DNA from: Candidatus Poribacteria bacterium | GTDB lineage: Bacteria; Poribacteria; WGA-4E; PCPOR2b | Assembly: GCA_965208675.1 (NCBI GenBank) | Contig: OZ242351.1 | Coordinates: 4,640,001 to 4,704,000 of the forward strand | Reading direction: 5' to 3' | DNA: 64,000 bases | Shown here: one piece after another, positions 19,397-28,787 of the stretch | Layout of the letters: each line of letters opens with the position of its first letter | Numbering within the stretch: the stretch's first letter is position 1 | Translations under genes and position numbers: made by a program | Notes under the pieces: model-generated | Database searches by the model: none | What the model was told of the DNA's origin: nothing | The model's input: the letters and a program-made list of their open reading frames with translations, nothing else

Positions 19397-19712
19397 GTAG
19401 GTTGGGTTGAGCGATCAACTGACCGAATAGCGAATGATCAAGCGACTGAATAAGGAGTGCGATAGTTTTCCTATGGTCTTCTAAAACAAAATCCTCCCCC
19501 TTGACAAGGTGGGATCAACTGACCGATTAGGGAGGGATCAAGCGACTGAATAAGGAGTGCGATAGTTTTTTTTATAGTCTTAACTAGTCTTCACCGGCTC
19601 TTGTAGGTTGGGTTGAGCGACCAATCGCAAAAAACGTCACGGTGCTCGTACGTCGTGCAAATTCCGCTGCGATGACGTTGAAGAAAATGCAGAGCGTAAC
19701 CCAACGCTTTTT
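19397..19712 (+). repeat. Mosaic repeat cluster: two GATC-doublet modules plus one 103-bp REP-capped element (19603-19705)
   Basis: GATCAACTGACCGAATAG..GATCAAGCGACTGAATAAGGAGTGCGATAG occurs twice (19413, 19513), followed by GTAGGTTGGGTTGAGCG-N72-GAGCGTAACCCAAC. Confidence 0.85.
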
Positions 19713-19969
19713 CGCTATTTCGACGTGGTTCGTTTATGGTAATGGCTTGAATTATTTCGAAAAGCGTTGCCTTGGAGCCCCAGCGGGGATCTTCAAGTGT
19801 ATGCAGCAAATCGCAGGCGACCCGAATTTAAGGACGTATTTTAACAATTTTTATTGAAACTTGTTGCAAAATATAGGGTATAATTTTACAACGGGTCGGA
19901 CCGTTGCGGCAATGTCTGTTAGATTCAACCGCGAGCAGGTGCCGCCGCAAAATAATACGGGAAGAATTT

Positions 19970-19985
19970 TGGCATATCACTTGCT
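19970..19985 (+). promoter_or_regulatory. Putative sigma54 (-24/-12) promoter
   Basis: TGGCATATCACTTGCT matches TGGCA-N6-TTGC with correct GG/GC spacing, about 115 bp upstream of ORF 20100. Confidence 0.65.
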
Positions 19986-20015
19986 ATAACTATTTTGACC
20001 AGATTTCATTCACTT

Positions 20016-20050
20016 TCTCATTACGCATTACTCATTACTCATGACTCATT
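20016..20050 (+). repeat. Heptamer tandem repeat (ACTCATT-like, about 5 copies)
   Basis: tctcatt acgcatt actcatt actcatg actcatt. Confidence 0.7.
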
Positions 20051-20099
20051 AATTTTTAAGTTACTGTTGATTGACCCAGAGTAAAAGGAGGAACCTACA

Positions 20100-20900
20100 A
20101 TGAAATTTATCGGGTTACAAGTCGTCAGTCTTTGTCTCGCCGTTTTCCTGTTTTTAGTATTCATTGCATCCGGCTATGCAAACGTCGGAGCGATTCAAAT
20201 TGAGCTGTCGGGATACGTCACTAATGACGATGCGCGGCAGATTCGGCGATTGTTAAAGCCGTGGGCGGATCCGGAAAATGTGGTGTTTAAACCTGCGTAC
20301 GACAAAAAGCAACGTAAACGCTATTTCTCAACAGTGGTCGAAATTACACCGCGTTGGGGCAAGAACAGTTATAGCGAGAGTCACACTTTTGATATTTACA
20401 ATATCATGCGGCAACTGAACGACCAGCGTTTCCGAGGGAGCCAGATTGGGCCGCGTCCGAGGGTTGCCAAAACCGAAGCTACGGTGTCGGGAGATCTCAT
20501 CACCTATCATGGATGGTCACGCAGCCATATTCGAGAAGTCCCGAATTGGCGGCGTTGGCGTGAACACACATCAGAGATCGGTCATGCGTTGTATACGGAC
20601 CGTGCAAATGAGAAGGTTGTATTTAGCCGTAACGACAAGTTCGATGAGTTAAGGCGTGAAGTGAGTGAAGGCGTAGATGAAGGTAAACGCGATCCGGCTG
20701 TTGAGGTCGAGGGCAAGATTGTGGGATTCGACGGCCCCTACCCGGTGATGTCCATCCGCAAATTCCGTGTGGACTACAAGATCGAAATGCAATCCGGAGA
20801 CAAGGGAAGAAAACAGAAGGACGAGTCCTACGACTATTTGGAGAAATCCCTACCGGAATCGGGTGAAACCACCCAAGATGAATCGGAAAACGGTAAATAA
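20100..20900 (+). CDS. Secreted hypothetical protein
   Basis: AAAGGAGG RBS; signal peptide ending GYA-N; no family recognised. Confidence 0.8.
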   Translation: MKFIGLQVVSLCLAVFLFLVFIASGYANVGAIQIELSGYVTNDDARQIRRLLKPWADPENVVFKPAYDKKQRKRYFSTVVEITPRWGKNSYSESHTFDIYNIMRQLNDQRFRGSQIGPRPRVAKTEATVSGDLITYHGWSRSHIREVPNWRRWREHTSEIGHALYTDRANEKVVFSRNDKFDELRREVSEGVDEGKRDPAVEVEGKIVGFDGPYPVMSIRKFRVDYKIEMQSGDKGRKQKDESYDYLEKSLPESGETTQDESENGK

Positions 20901-21089
20901 CAAGTTCTTGTAGGATCAACTGAGCGAATAGCGAAGGCGATAGTCTTTTCTTGCATTCCCTGAACCCCAACTCTTCTCGGCGTCAGTCTTCTTCGTAACT
21001 CATCGCCGTTTTGACCTTCCGCCTAACGAATGACTTGTGAACCCAATATAACGCCATGGTTTTCAGAGAGCAAGTTGTCCACAAGTTCT

Positions 21090-21493
21090 TGTAGATTGGG
21101 TTAAGATCAACCGACCGAATAGGATCAACTGAGCGGATAGCGAATGATCAAGCGACTGAATACTGAATAAGGAGTGCGATAGTCTTAAATAGTCTTCACC
21201 AGTTTTTGTAGGTTGGGTTAAGCGACAAATCCCAAAAACGACACGGTGCTTGTGCCTCGTTCCAATAACATTACGATGACTATGAAATAACCCGTGAAGC
21301 GTAACCCAACGCTTTTGATACTTCCGGATATCCAAACCCGTCCCGTCCGAAACACTCCGCAACATATTCCGTAAAACCAATTGAACTTTTGTAGGGTAGG
21401 TTTAGTGACTAATCCCAAAAACGTCACTCCGCCCGAACGTCGTCCAATTTCCCTTGAAATGACCTTGGAAAAACTCTCCGATCGTAACCCTCC
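21090..21493 (+). repeat. Mosaic repeat cluster: GATC-triplet module plus two 103-bp REP-capped elements (21208-21310, 21391-21493)
   Basis: Direct similarity to the 19397-19712 cluster. Confidence 0.8.
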
Positions 21494-21699
21494 TCTTTTT
21501 ATAGCCTCCGACATCCACAGTCGTCCAGCTCGAATCTTCAAGAATTGCGATGAAAAATGAACCGTTGACAGTCGAATTGAGATCTGGTAATTTAAAATGT
21601 ACCACATCTATCGAACTTGTCAAGGTCGCCAACCAAGGCAACCTGCGTGACATAATTTCGCCCTTAAATTTCATTAATCGCTGTCCAAAGCGTGGGGGT

Positions 21700-22283
21700 A
21701 AGTTCATTCCACTGGCTAGTGGTCAAATGGCTTATCTGGCACTATTGTTTGATGTTTTTACTCGAACCATAAGAGGCTGGGAGTTATCGAGAAACATGTC
21801 AGTTAACCTGCTGTCTGGAGCACTGAGAAAAGCATTAGCAAGACAGCATCGTCCGCAAATCCATCATTCAGACCGAGGTGGACAATACATTGCTGAGAAG
21901 TATTGCCAGCAATTGAGAGCGATAGCGTGCCGCATTTCCATGACGGACCGTGGCAAACCGTGGCAGAATCCATACGTAGAGAGTACGATTGGCAGAATCA
22001 AAGACGAATATATCGTTGACTCCGAGTATCAGAATTTCCACGACGCATACAACCAACTTAGTCCAGTATTGGATGTCGTGTATAATCAGAAAAGGCCTCA
22101 TTCAGCGCTAGGCTATCGGACACCTGCTGAATTCGAGGCAGCGTATAATGCGCACTAGAACACAAATCTGTATTTCATCTTGAATTAACAACGCAGCACT
22201 AACACAGTTATAGGTAAGTCCAAAACTTCAAAATACCTTCTTAACATCAACAATTTCGTGTCCAAACAATTGGGGTCACTGCC
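21700..22283 (+). mobile_element. Truncated IS3-family element (OrfB integrase core plus right end)
   Basis: ORF 21550-22158 has YLALLFDVFTR.I.GW, HHSDRGGQY, GKPWQNPYVES...IKDE, YNQKRPHSALGYRTPAEFE. The N-terminus and orfA are absent. IR-like GTGTCCAAACAATTGGGGTCACTG at 22258-22281. Confidence 0.85.
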
Positions 22284-22300
22284 TTTTTCCACCTTTCAAA

Positions 22301-22579
22301 ATGAGCCCAAATGATGCCAATACGAATAAGATGATACATCAATTAGATCATATGAGGAATTTACGTGTTCGTAGCTACTATGGAAATTGGTCTATACTTT
22401 CAGTTTTTGACCGGATTATTCCAATAGCGGTTTGTACTGAAAAGCACACTAGTCTTCCCCAGGATGCTAATGTAATTTCAATCAGTCAATCACCAAACTA
22501 TGTTAAACCAGAACTTGAATCATGGTTCATTGCATGTCGAGAAGAGTTGGTACATAAATTTAGATTTTCGAAAAATTAG
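22301..22579 (+). CDS. Hypothetical protein (possibly a C-terminal gene fragment)
   Basis: 92-aa AT-rich ORF between the IS end and the peptidase; no motif recognised. Confidence 0.35.
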   Translation: MSPNDANTNKMIHQLDHMRNLRVRSYYGNWSILSVFDRIIPIAVCTEKHTSLPQDANVISISQSPNYVKPELESWFIACREELVHKFRFSKN

Positions 22580-22603
22580 ATGAAGTTGTTTAGGAGCATT
22601 CTA

Positions 22604-24799
22604 ATGAAGCAGGCTTTTGGCGTAGAGCATTTGATAAACCTCCAACGCACAACCAATTATGTACCGATGAATCTATCGCCAGACGGACGTTTACTAGCTG
22701 TGAGCGTACAGGGGATTCGTCGAAAAGCGGTAAATAAACGGGAAGACGGCTATGGAGTAGATGGTGTTCCCCAAGAAATGGACGGGAGCCGTATTTTCAT
22801 CGTAGATACCATTACTGGAAAAACTCAAGAACCATTTCCGGCTGGAAGCGTTAGTTGGGGCGGACAGTGGTCACCTGATGGAAGCCGTTTAGCGGCATAC
22901 GTTCGACACAACGGATTAGTCTGTTTAGGAGTTTGGTCTCCGGAGACCGATACTTTCCAGTTGTTTCAGCAAGCATTGATACGTACCCACTACGGATTTG
23001 AAATCCCTAGGTGGACCCCGGATAGCAGAAAGGTTATCGCGAAATTATGGCCTGCCAGTGGCGCGTTCAAACCGCCCGCACCAGACCAAGCAGCGCCTCC
23101 CAATCACCCTCTTCCCGTCAGCGTCTTCTCGTTTGATCCCACTCACGAGGTTGATACTCGCCCGACAGGTGCTTGGCTATATGATAGCACATGCTGCGAT
23201 CTTGGATGTATAGATGTAGTCACAGGTGAGGTAACAAGATTGGTCTGTGATTGGCCTGTGTGGAACTGGCGGGTTGCGCCCGATGGTAAAACAGTCGCCG
23301 CAATCAAGTTGGCAGAATATGATTCGCAATGCTACCGGATGACCTACGATTTGGTCGTTGTTCCACTAGACGGAACACCTCCGCGGACAATTGCTAGCAA
23401 GATATATCACGGCGGGGGTGGATTTAATTGGTCTCCTGACAGTCAGCTAATTGCCTTTACAATTGACGATGGGGACGACGACGGATCCCCCAAACAACTC
23501 TTTATTGTACCCGCAGATGGGTCTGAGAGTCCCAGAGCTCTAATAGACGAGATGACGATTAAGATGGATGATTATCTTGGACCGCACTGGAGTGAAAATA
23601 GTACTTCCATATTTTGTTTAACGCGAGATCAGGTATGGATATTCAATGCTGATGGGAGCAATACACGTCAAATGAAAGTCGTTCTTCCTGGGTGGCGCGT
23701 AGTATTCTGGATACACCCGCCGATGAGTCCACTATTGTGCACATCGCCGGACAGAGCACTATTCGCTGTTGTTCGAAATGACGTCTGGGACGAAGCCGTG
23801 GCTCGCGTTTCTCTTGAAAGTGGCGAAGGGACAATCCTGACAGAATTTGCCAAGTCGTGTTGGGATCCATTTCAGACCGAAGTTGCCCCAGATTTTTCGG
23901 CATGTTATGTTGCGGCTGAGGCGGCTGAACACCCCGCAGAAATTTGGCGCATCCCTCTTGATACGCACGTTCCAAACCGTCTCGTTTCACTCAATTCGGA
24001 TTTAGACGGCGTTTCGTTAGGTAAACCTCGCTTGATTGAGTGGCGGGCATTGGACAAAAAAATACACCGCGGTGCGTTGCTCTTGCCTCCGAACTATTGC
24101 GAAGGCGAACGTATTCCGGTGATTGTTCATGTATATCCCGGAAATTTCTCGAACTGTATTCACGACTTTGGCTTTGGTGGAGGCCACTACGATAATGCAC
24201 AATTGCTAGCGAGTCAAGGCTACGCTGTGCTGTGGCCAAATCTCCCGATTGACAGACGTAACATGCAGCAAATACCCAAATTCGTCTTACCCGCCGTAAA
24301 TCGGTTGATTGATTTAGGTATTGCCGATCCTGATCGAATTGGGCTGATGGGGCATAGCGACGGTGGGTATTGTGTGCTAGCACTTCTGGCGCAAACTGAT
24401 TGTTTTCGAGCGGCTGTCTGTTCTGCAGGTGTGGTCAATATTACGAGCGATTACGGTACATTGACTGACAAGGGTGATAGTTCCCATGGCTATGAACTTG
24501 GAAGCGAAATGGGCGGGACGTTATGGGAAAAACGGGATGCTTACATAGAGAATTCACCCTTGTTTTACTTCAACCGATCTAAAACACCGCTACTATTAGT
24601 TCAGGGGACAGAAGATATAGGGGGGACAGATCAATCCAAAGAGGCATTCGGTGCGTTGCGTCGCCTCGGGAACCCGGTAGAGTTGCGGTTATACCATGGC
24701 GAAGAACATTGGCCAGGTGCATGGTCTGAACATAATTTTCGGGACGTATGTCATCGCGTCCTGACCTGGTTTAACAAATATCTTGGAGAATCCCAGTGA
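22604..24799 (+). CDS. S9 family (prolyl oligopeptidase/acylaminoacyl-peptidase-like) peptidase with beta-propeller
   Basis: SPDG/WSPD propeller repeats; DPDRIGLMGHSDGG nucleophile, GTED, and EEH complete the catalytic triad. AGGAG precedes ATG 22604. Confidence 0.9.
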   Translation: MKQAFGVEHLINLQRTTNYVPMNLSPDGRLLAVSVQGIRRKAVNKREDGYGVDGVPQEMDGSRIFIVDTITGKTQEPFPAGSVSWGGQWSPDGSRLAAYVRHNGLVCLGVWSPETDTFQLFQQALIRTHYGFEIPRWTPDSRKVIAKLWPASGAFKPPAPDQAAPPNHPLPVSVFSFDPTHEVDTRPTGAWLYDSTCCDLGCIDVVTGEVTRLVCDWPVWNWRVAPDGKTVAAIKLAEYDSQCYRMTYDLVVVPLDGTPPRTIASKIYHGGGGFNWSPDSQLIAFTIDDGDDDGSPKQLFIVPADGSESPRALIDEMTIKMDDYLGPHWSENSTSIFCLTRDQVWIFNADGSNTRQMKVVLPGWRVVFWIHPPMSPLLCTSPDRALFAVVRNDVWDEAVARVSLESGEGTILTEFAKSCWDPFQTEVAPDFSACYVAAEAAEHPAEIWRIPLDTHVPNRLVSLNSDLDGVSLGKPRLIEWRALDKKIHRGALLLPPNYCEGERIPVIVHVYPGNFSNCIHDFGFGGGHYDNAQLLASQGYAVLWPNLPIDRRNMQQIPKFVLPAVNRLIDLGIADPDRIGLMGHSDGGYCVLALLAQTDCFRAAVCSAGVVNITSDYGTLTDKGDSSHGYELGSEMGGTLWEKRDAYIENSPLFYFNRSKTPLLLVQGTEDIGGTDQSKEAFGALRRLGNPVELRLYHGEEHWPGAWSEHNFRDVCHRVLTWFNKYLGESQ

Positions 24800-24872
24800 A
24801 GAACCTGTAGAAGCAATCATACTCTGAATTGATTCAATTAACTGTAGGCTGAGTGTTCAGGGCAATCGTAAA

Positions 24873-25279
24873 ATGATGCTACATACACTTGAAGCCAAAT
24901 TCGTCTTTACCGCAGGCAAAGTTCATTTGTCTGCAAACGATGTAGAATTCCTACCAATCGCTCTTACACAAAGTAGGATAAAATGGGAAGAAATAATGAC
25001 GAAGGCTTACTATCACGATTGCATGCCTATGCTATACTGGTGCCTGAAAGGAATACATAATGTTCGTTTTCCTAAACGTGTACTAACTGAACTAAAAAAA
25101 TCTTACTTATACGCATTTCTTAGAAATTCTCACTGCCTTAAACAAGTAGCGGACTTAAACAAGTAGCGGAAATGTTAAGAGTCTTTATGAAGAATCGGAT
25201 TCAGGTGCTTCTGTTAAATGGAATTGTGTTAGCCCAGTCGGTTTATCCAAATATAGCTCTGCGGACATTTCGGGATTTT
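24873..25279 (+). pseudogene. Nucleotidyltransferase-family (NTP_transf_5-like) pseudogene
   Basis: A perfect 17-bp tandem duplication (CTTAAACAAGTAGCGGA, 25137-25170) shifts the frame. Removing it gives ...IQVLLLNGIVLAQSVYPNIALRTFRDF, matching LKGxxLAxxxYxxxxLRxxxD; the gene is then truncated. Confidence 0.75.
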
Positions 25280-25461
25280 GAATCCTCTCTGCCAAGTTAT
25301 CAGTTTGTCCTATATATAAGCGTATGTAACTTCTGTTGTCTTGCTTTGTGAAAGATATAAACCGCCCCGGCCGTTATGAACTCCGTGTCCGATTCATAAG
25401 CGGTAAAGTTGTTATTTTTTCCAGAAGCTCCTGTGAATGTTACTGTCTCAATTAGTACCAT
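25274..25461 (-). pseudogene. Small GIY-YIG-like protein pseudogene
   Basis: MVLIETVTFTGASGK...GAVYIF; with a 1-nt frame change at 25351-25353 it continues FTKQDNRSYIRLYIGQTDNLAERIQN (VY...YIG...L..R), then is truncated. Confidence 0.7.
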
Positions 25462-25666
25462 ACCAAAATTTCCATTACCACGCCTTTTAACCTCCTTTGG
25501 AGGTAGGAGGGCGGCAGAAAAGACGTGCGGCAAAGCTCACAGCGCCACCCAGAACTGGGCAAAAACAGCATATCATGCTGAATCGTAGTTTTCAAGTTTC
25601 TCTATAATGTATCGTCCTTTTGTCAGGTGCAGGTACCACGACCTTGAAGGTACCACGAAAGTTCTT

Positions 25667-25926
25667 GTAGTTTGAGTTGAGCGATCAACTGCCTGAATAG
25701 GGAAGGATCAAGCGACTGAACAAGGAGTGCGATAGTTCTTCTTTAGTCTTCTGCGTAACCCAACGCTTTTCGAATAATTCACACGCATACTAAAGTCGTG
25801 ACTCATCGATAAAACCAAAAAGCGTTGGGTTACGCTCTGCATTTTTCTTCAACTTCATCGCTGCGGATTTTGGACGAAATACGAGCTCCGTGACGTTTTT
25901 GCGATTTGTCGCTCAACCCAACCTAC
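25667..25926. repeat. Inverted REP doublet (REPIN-like): GATC-module element 25667-25764 plus inverted 103-bp element 25824-25926
   Basis: Arms end CCCAAC-GCTTTT...AAAAGC-GTTGGG. The second arm is close to the reverse complement of 19603-19705. Confidence 0.85.
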
Positions 25927-26002
25927 AAACACTAGATTCCGCAATCCGGTAGGATTCGGTTGGGCGAATTGGAATGATAACGCTGCCGACAAGTCAGTTT
26001 TT

Positions 26003-26040
26003 AAAGGGAGCGGCACCGCACGGTGTCTCTCCCTTTTTTT
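26003..26040 (+). terminator. Intrinsic terminator-like hairpin
   Basis: AAAGGGAG-cGGCACCG-ca-CGGTGTCt-CTCCC followed by a T-tract. Confidence 0.5.
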
Positions 26041-26632
26041 ATGGGGGTAAAATCAGGAAGACAATGGAAAATGGGCGATTTACCGGTGAGCCGAGGTTGG
26101 TGGTTACCTTTTATAGAATTGCACCGGCCCGCTTGTGGTGCGGGTTCATTGAAATCGTGAGGTAACCAGAAGGTAACCAAGAAAAAAGATCTGTAAGTCT
26201 TTTGAGCGGATTGTTATGCTAATAATTCAGCATAGTTAATAGGGGAGATTTACGGCTTCCACAGGCAGTGAATCGGAAAGAATGTTATCGCAATCGAGAG
26301 GCGAAATGGGCGGGAATTTAGTCAGGAACTGATAAGGTGTCGATGTGAACGCAAAAATGTAAAAGGGCGTTGCGAAAATTCATCCTTGCTTGAAGGGCGG
26401 AGGATTGCCCTAAAAATTTTTGGCAACGAGAGATTTTCATCCTCGCGGCAGGTGGGTTGATTTTAACGGCAGAACAATGCGCAATCAAGCGAGCGAATAG
26501 TCAGGGCGATTGTCTTGCCAAGTGAAATTCTCGCGCCCTTGAGAAAGCTCACAATTGCCCGCAAGTCCGCAAATTCGCATAGCGTACGAGGTTGCTACCC
26601 TCATTCTTGACGTAACCATGCTGTGAAGCACT

Positions 26633-27100
26633 CGTGGGAAGGGCTTCCTAGCCCTGATTATCGGGACAGAGATGTCCCTCCCACAGTTTTTGTAGGTTGG
26701 GTTGAGCGATCAACTGACTGAATAGGGAAGGATCAACCGATCGAACAGGGAGGGCGATAGTCTTCACAAGTCTTCTGCGTAACCCAACGCTTTTAAAACC
26801 TCCGAAAAACCAAAAAATGTTACAATTTTATAAGAAACTGGTTTGCCTGAATTAGCGATTGTGGCGTACTGTAAACCCATACGTGGTGCGGGTTTTACGG
26901 CATAATTCTGTGAATCATCCCACCAAAAAACGAACTTTATGGATTTTATAACGAATTTCCCTCGGCTACGCTTCAATTATTCGCGCTGCTTTTGTAGGTT
27001 GGGTTTCGCTCCGTCATGGCGGTGTCGAATCCGCCTTCACTCACGAGAGCAGCGAGACCGATTTTGAAATTTGCTCAAAATACCGCTCTACCTAAACTAC
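26633..27100. repeat. REP cluster: GTGGGA-type pair, GATC-module element 26692-26788, inverted 103-bp element 26998-27100
   Basis: Conserved GTAGGTTGGG / AACCCAAC termini. Confidence 0.75.
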
Positions 27101-27151
27101 GATACGCTTTGAGGTGATTGCGGTTGCGGCAAGGGTGAATCGTCCGCACAT
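27092..27151 (-). pseudogene. 5' stub of an SRAP (YedK/HMCES-like) gene
   Basis: AAGGAGATATACG-ATG TGC GGA CGA TTC encodes MCGRFTLAATA; the frame stops after 19 aa inside a REP end. Confidence 0.65.
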
Positions 27152-27341
27152 CGTATATCTCCTTCCTTCAATGAGACCGAACTCAATGTAATCTGAATTA
27201 CTTCCAAAACTAGGTGCCGGCGGCGCCATTTGTCCAGTCTTAGAGCCATAATTCGAGGCTCGTTGCGTCAGTGCACGTACTCGCGCCTAAATTCTGCGTG
27301 GTCAAAAGACTATGAAGATATTATCGCATCCAGATAACGCA

Positions 27342-27371
27342 TTGACAATTTCGTTGAGAATCGTGTATAAA
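27342..27371 (+). promoter_or_regulatory. Putative sigma70 promoter of ORF 27459
   Basis: TTGACA-N18-TATAAA. Confidence 0.55.
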
Positions 27372-27458
27372 TACCTTGTATTAGCTATATGCTAGTTTCA
27401 AGGTAGGTTATGTAGAATAACATGCGGCTAAATCCGCACACATTGGAAGGAACCCTTA

Positions 27459-27821
27459 ATGAGCAAAAATCCGCAAACCCGCCTTCAGGTGAGTATGCTC
27501 CAAGAGATTGAGTCGAATTTTGACCATCCTCACGCGGTCGATACCTTTGTAGCGACGATTGACAGAATTGGAATTGAAGTTGTGCGAGATCTTGAAATCA
27601 ATGTAGTCGATGCGCCGTATGTGAAAGATGTTTTGCCACTTATACAGACGCGCGCGGAATTGGAGGACATTGAAGAACGATACCGAAAGTATTACAAACC
27701 CCACGAAGATGGCACGTATTGGATACACACAAACACAAGAACTGAAAAGAAATGCGAGCTTTTAGAGGAGATAGCCCGTCAAGCAGGAATTGAAATTTGG
27801 GTAAAGATAGTCCCAAAGTAA
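27459..27821 (+). CDS. Small protein with SeqA C-terminal-like motif (putative DNA/modified-DNA binding)
   Basis: GAAGGA RBS and own promoter. GTYWIHTNTRTEKKCELLEEI resembles E. coli SeqA PYWVITNTNTGRKCSMIEHI (recalled from memory, not searched). Confidence 0.6.
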   Translation: MSKNPQTRLQVSMLQEIESNFDHPHAVDTFVATIDRIGIEVVRDLEINVVDAPYVKDVLPLIQTRAELEDIEERYRKYYKPHEDGTYWIHTNTRTEKKCELLEEIARQAGIEIWVKIVPK

Positions 27822-27963
27822 TGGTTCCGATGCAGTATGGTACCATTGTCTTTTCTGCAAGTTTAACCTATAACCAACTCCGCAATTGATTGCCCTTAGG
27901 GTACTGATTAGATTGCCACCGCACTGCAGATTCCATACACATAAACAAATGGGGTCAGTTTTT

Positions 27964-28367
27964 GTAGGTTGGGTTAATCGGGTGATGCCATCACCGTTAC
28001 GCCCCCATGTATCGCCCCAATACATTTGGCATGACGATACAATATAGACAGAGTGTAACTCAACGATCAACTGCCCAATCAAGGTCTAAGAGTAGACGGG
28101 ACATCTTGCCCCGCATTGTGAAGAAGCGTCAGATTACACCGCCTTATCGCACAATCACGTAAGCAGCTCTTGTAGGTTGGGTAGAGCGATTAATTGAGCG
28201 ATGATCGAAGGTGATAGTCTTCCGCGAAACCCAACGCTTTTTAGGCGTTCCGGACCTTTCAAAACCGTTGGGTTTCGCTCCATGTATTCTGCTGAGGCGA
28301 TTGCAGGGCATTCGGAGTGGTTATCTTCGCAAGAACGACTTTGGAATTGTCGCTCTACCCAACCTAC
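27964..28367. repeat. REP cluster: 101-bp element 27964-28064, GCGGGAC-type REP, REPIN-like pair 28172-28367
   Basis: Conserved termini as in the other copies. Confidence 0.75.
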
Positions 28368-28787
28368 GGATATTCAGAATCGGAACATTTGGGACCATGG
28401 CGAGATCCCTTTTTGATACTCATCAAGCAGATTAACCAGTCCAAGCGGGGTCTGCGAGGAGGGGGTAAAGGTGTGCGTGAGTACCGCCTCACCGAATCGA
28501 ACCTTGCAGTTACCCAAAACTAGACGGTCGAACAAAATTCATTTCCCACTAGAAATTCGTTGTTATTGTCGCTATAATATCATACTGGTACATGATTTGA
28601 ATTTTGCCGAATAACAAAGATTTTGAACCTTGAATCTTTTCCGTATTGCCTCAATCCGTGTGCCAGAATTTCCGAATTCAAAGTGTTCGTACTCACATTA
28701 GAAGCGCCGGGCGTAAGCGAAATAATTCCGGTTAAGTTTTACGGTTTCAACTGCAAGACATCGTTCGTTGGATAGAAGAAGTAAAGT

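Noticed and set aside
19397-21310. GATCAA... tandem units as a CRISPR array
   Set aside because: The units are degenerate, 18-23 bp, lack unique spacers, are dispersed across the window, and no cas genes are present.
21550-21700. N-terminal 50 aa of ORF 21550-22158 as part of the transposase
   Set aside because: IS3 similarity starts only near FIPLASG; the upstream part is fortuitous open frame.
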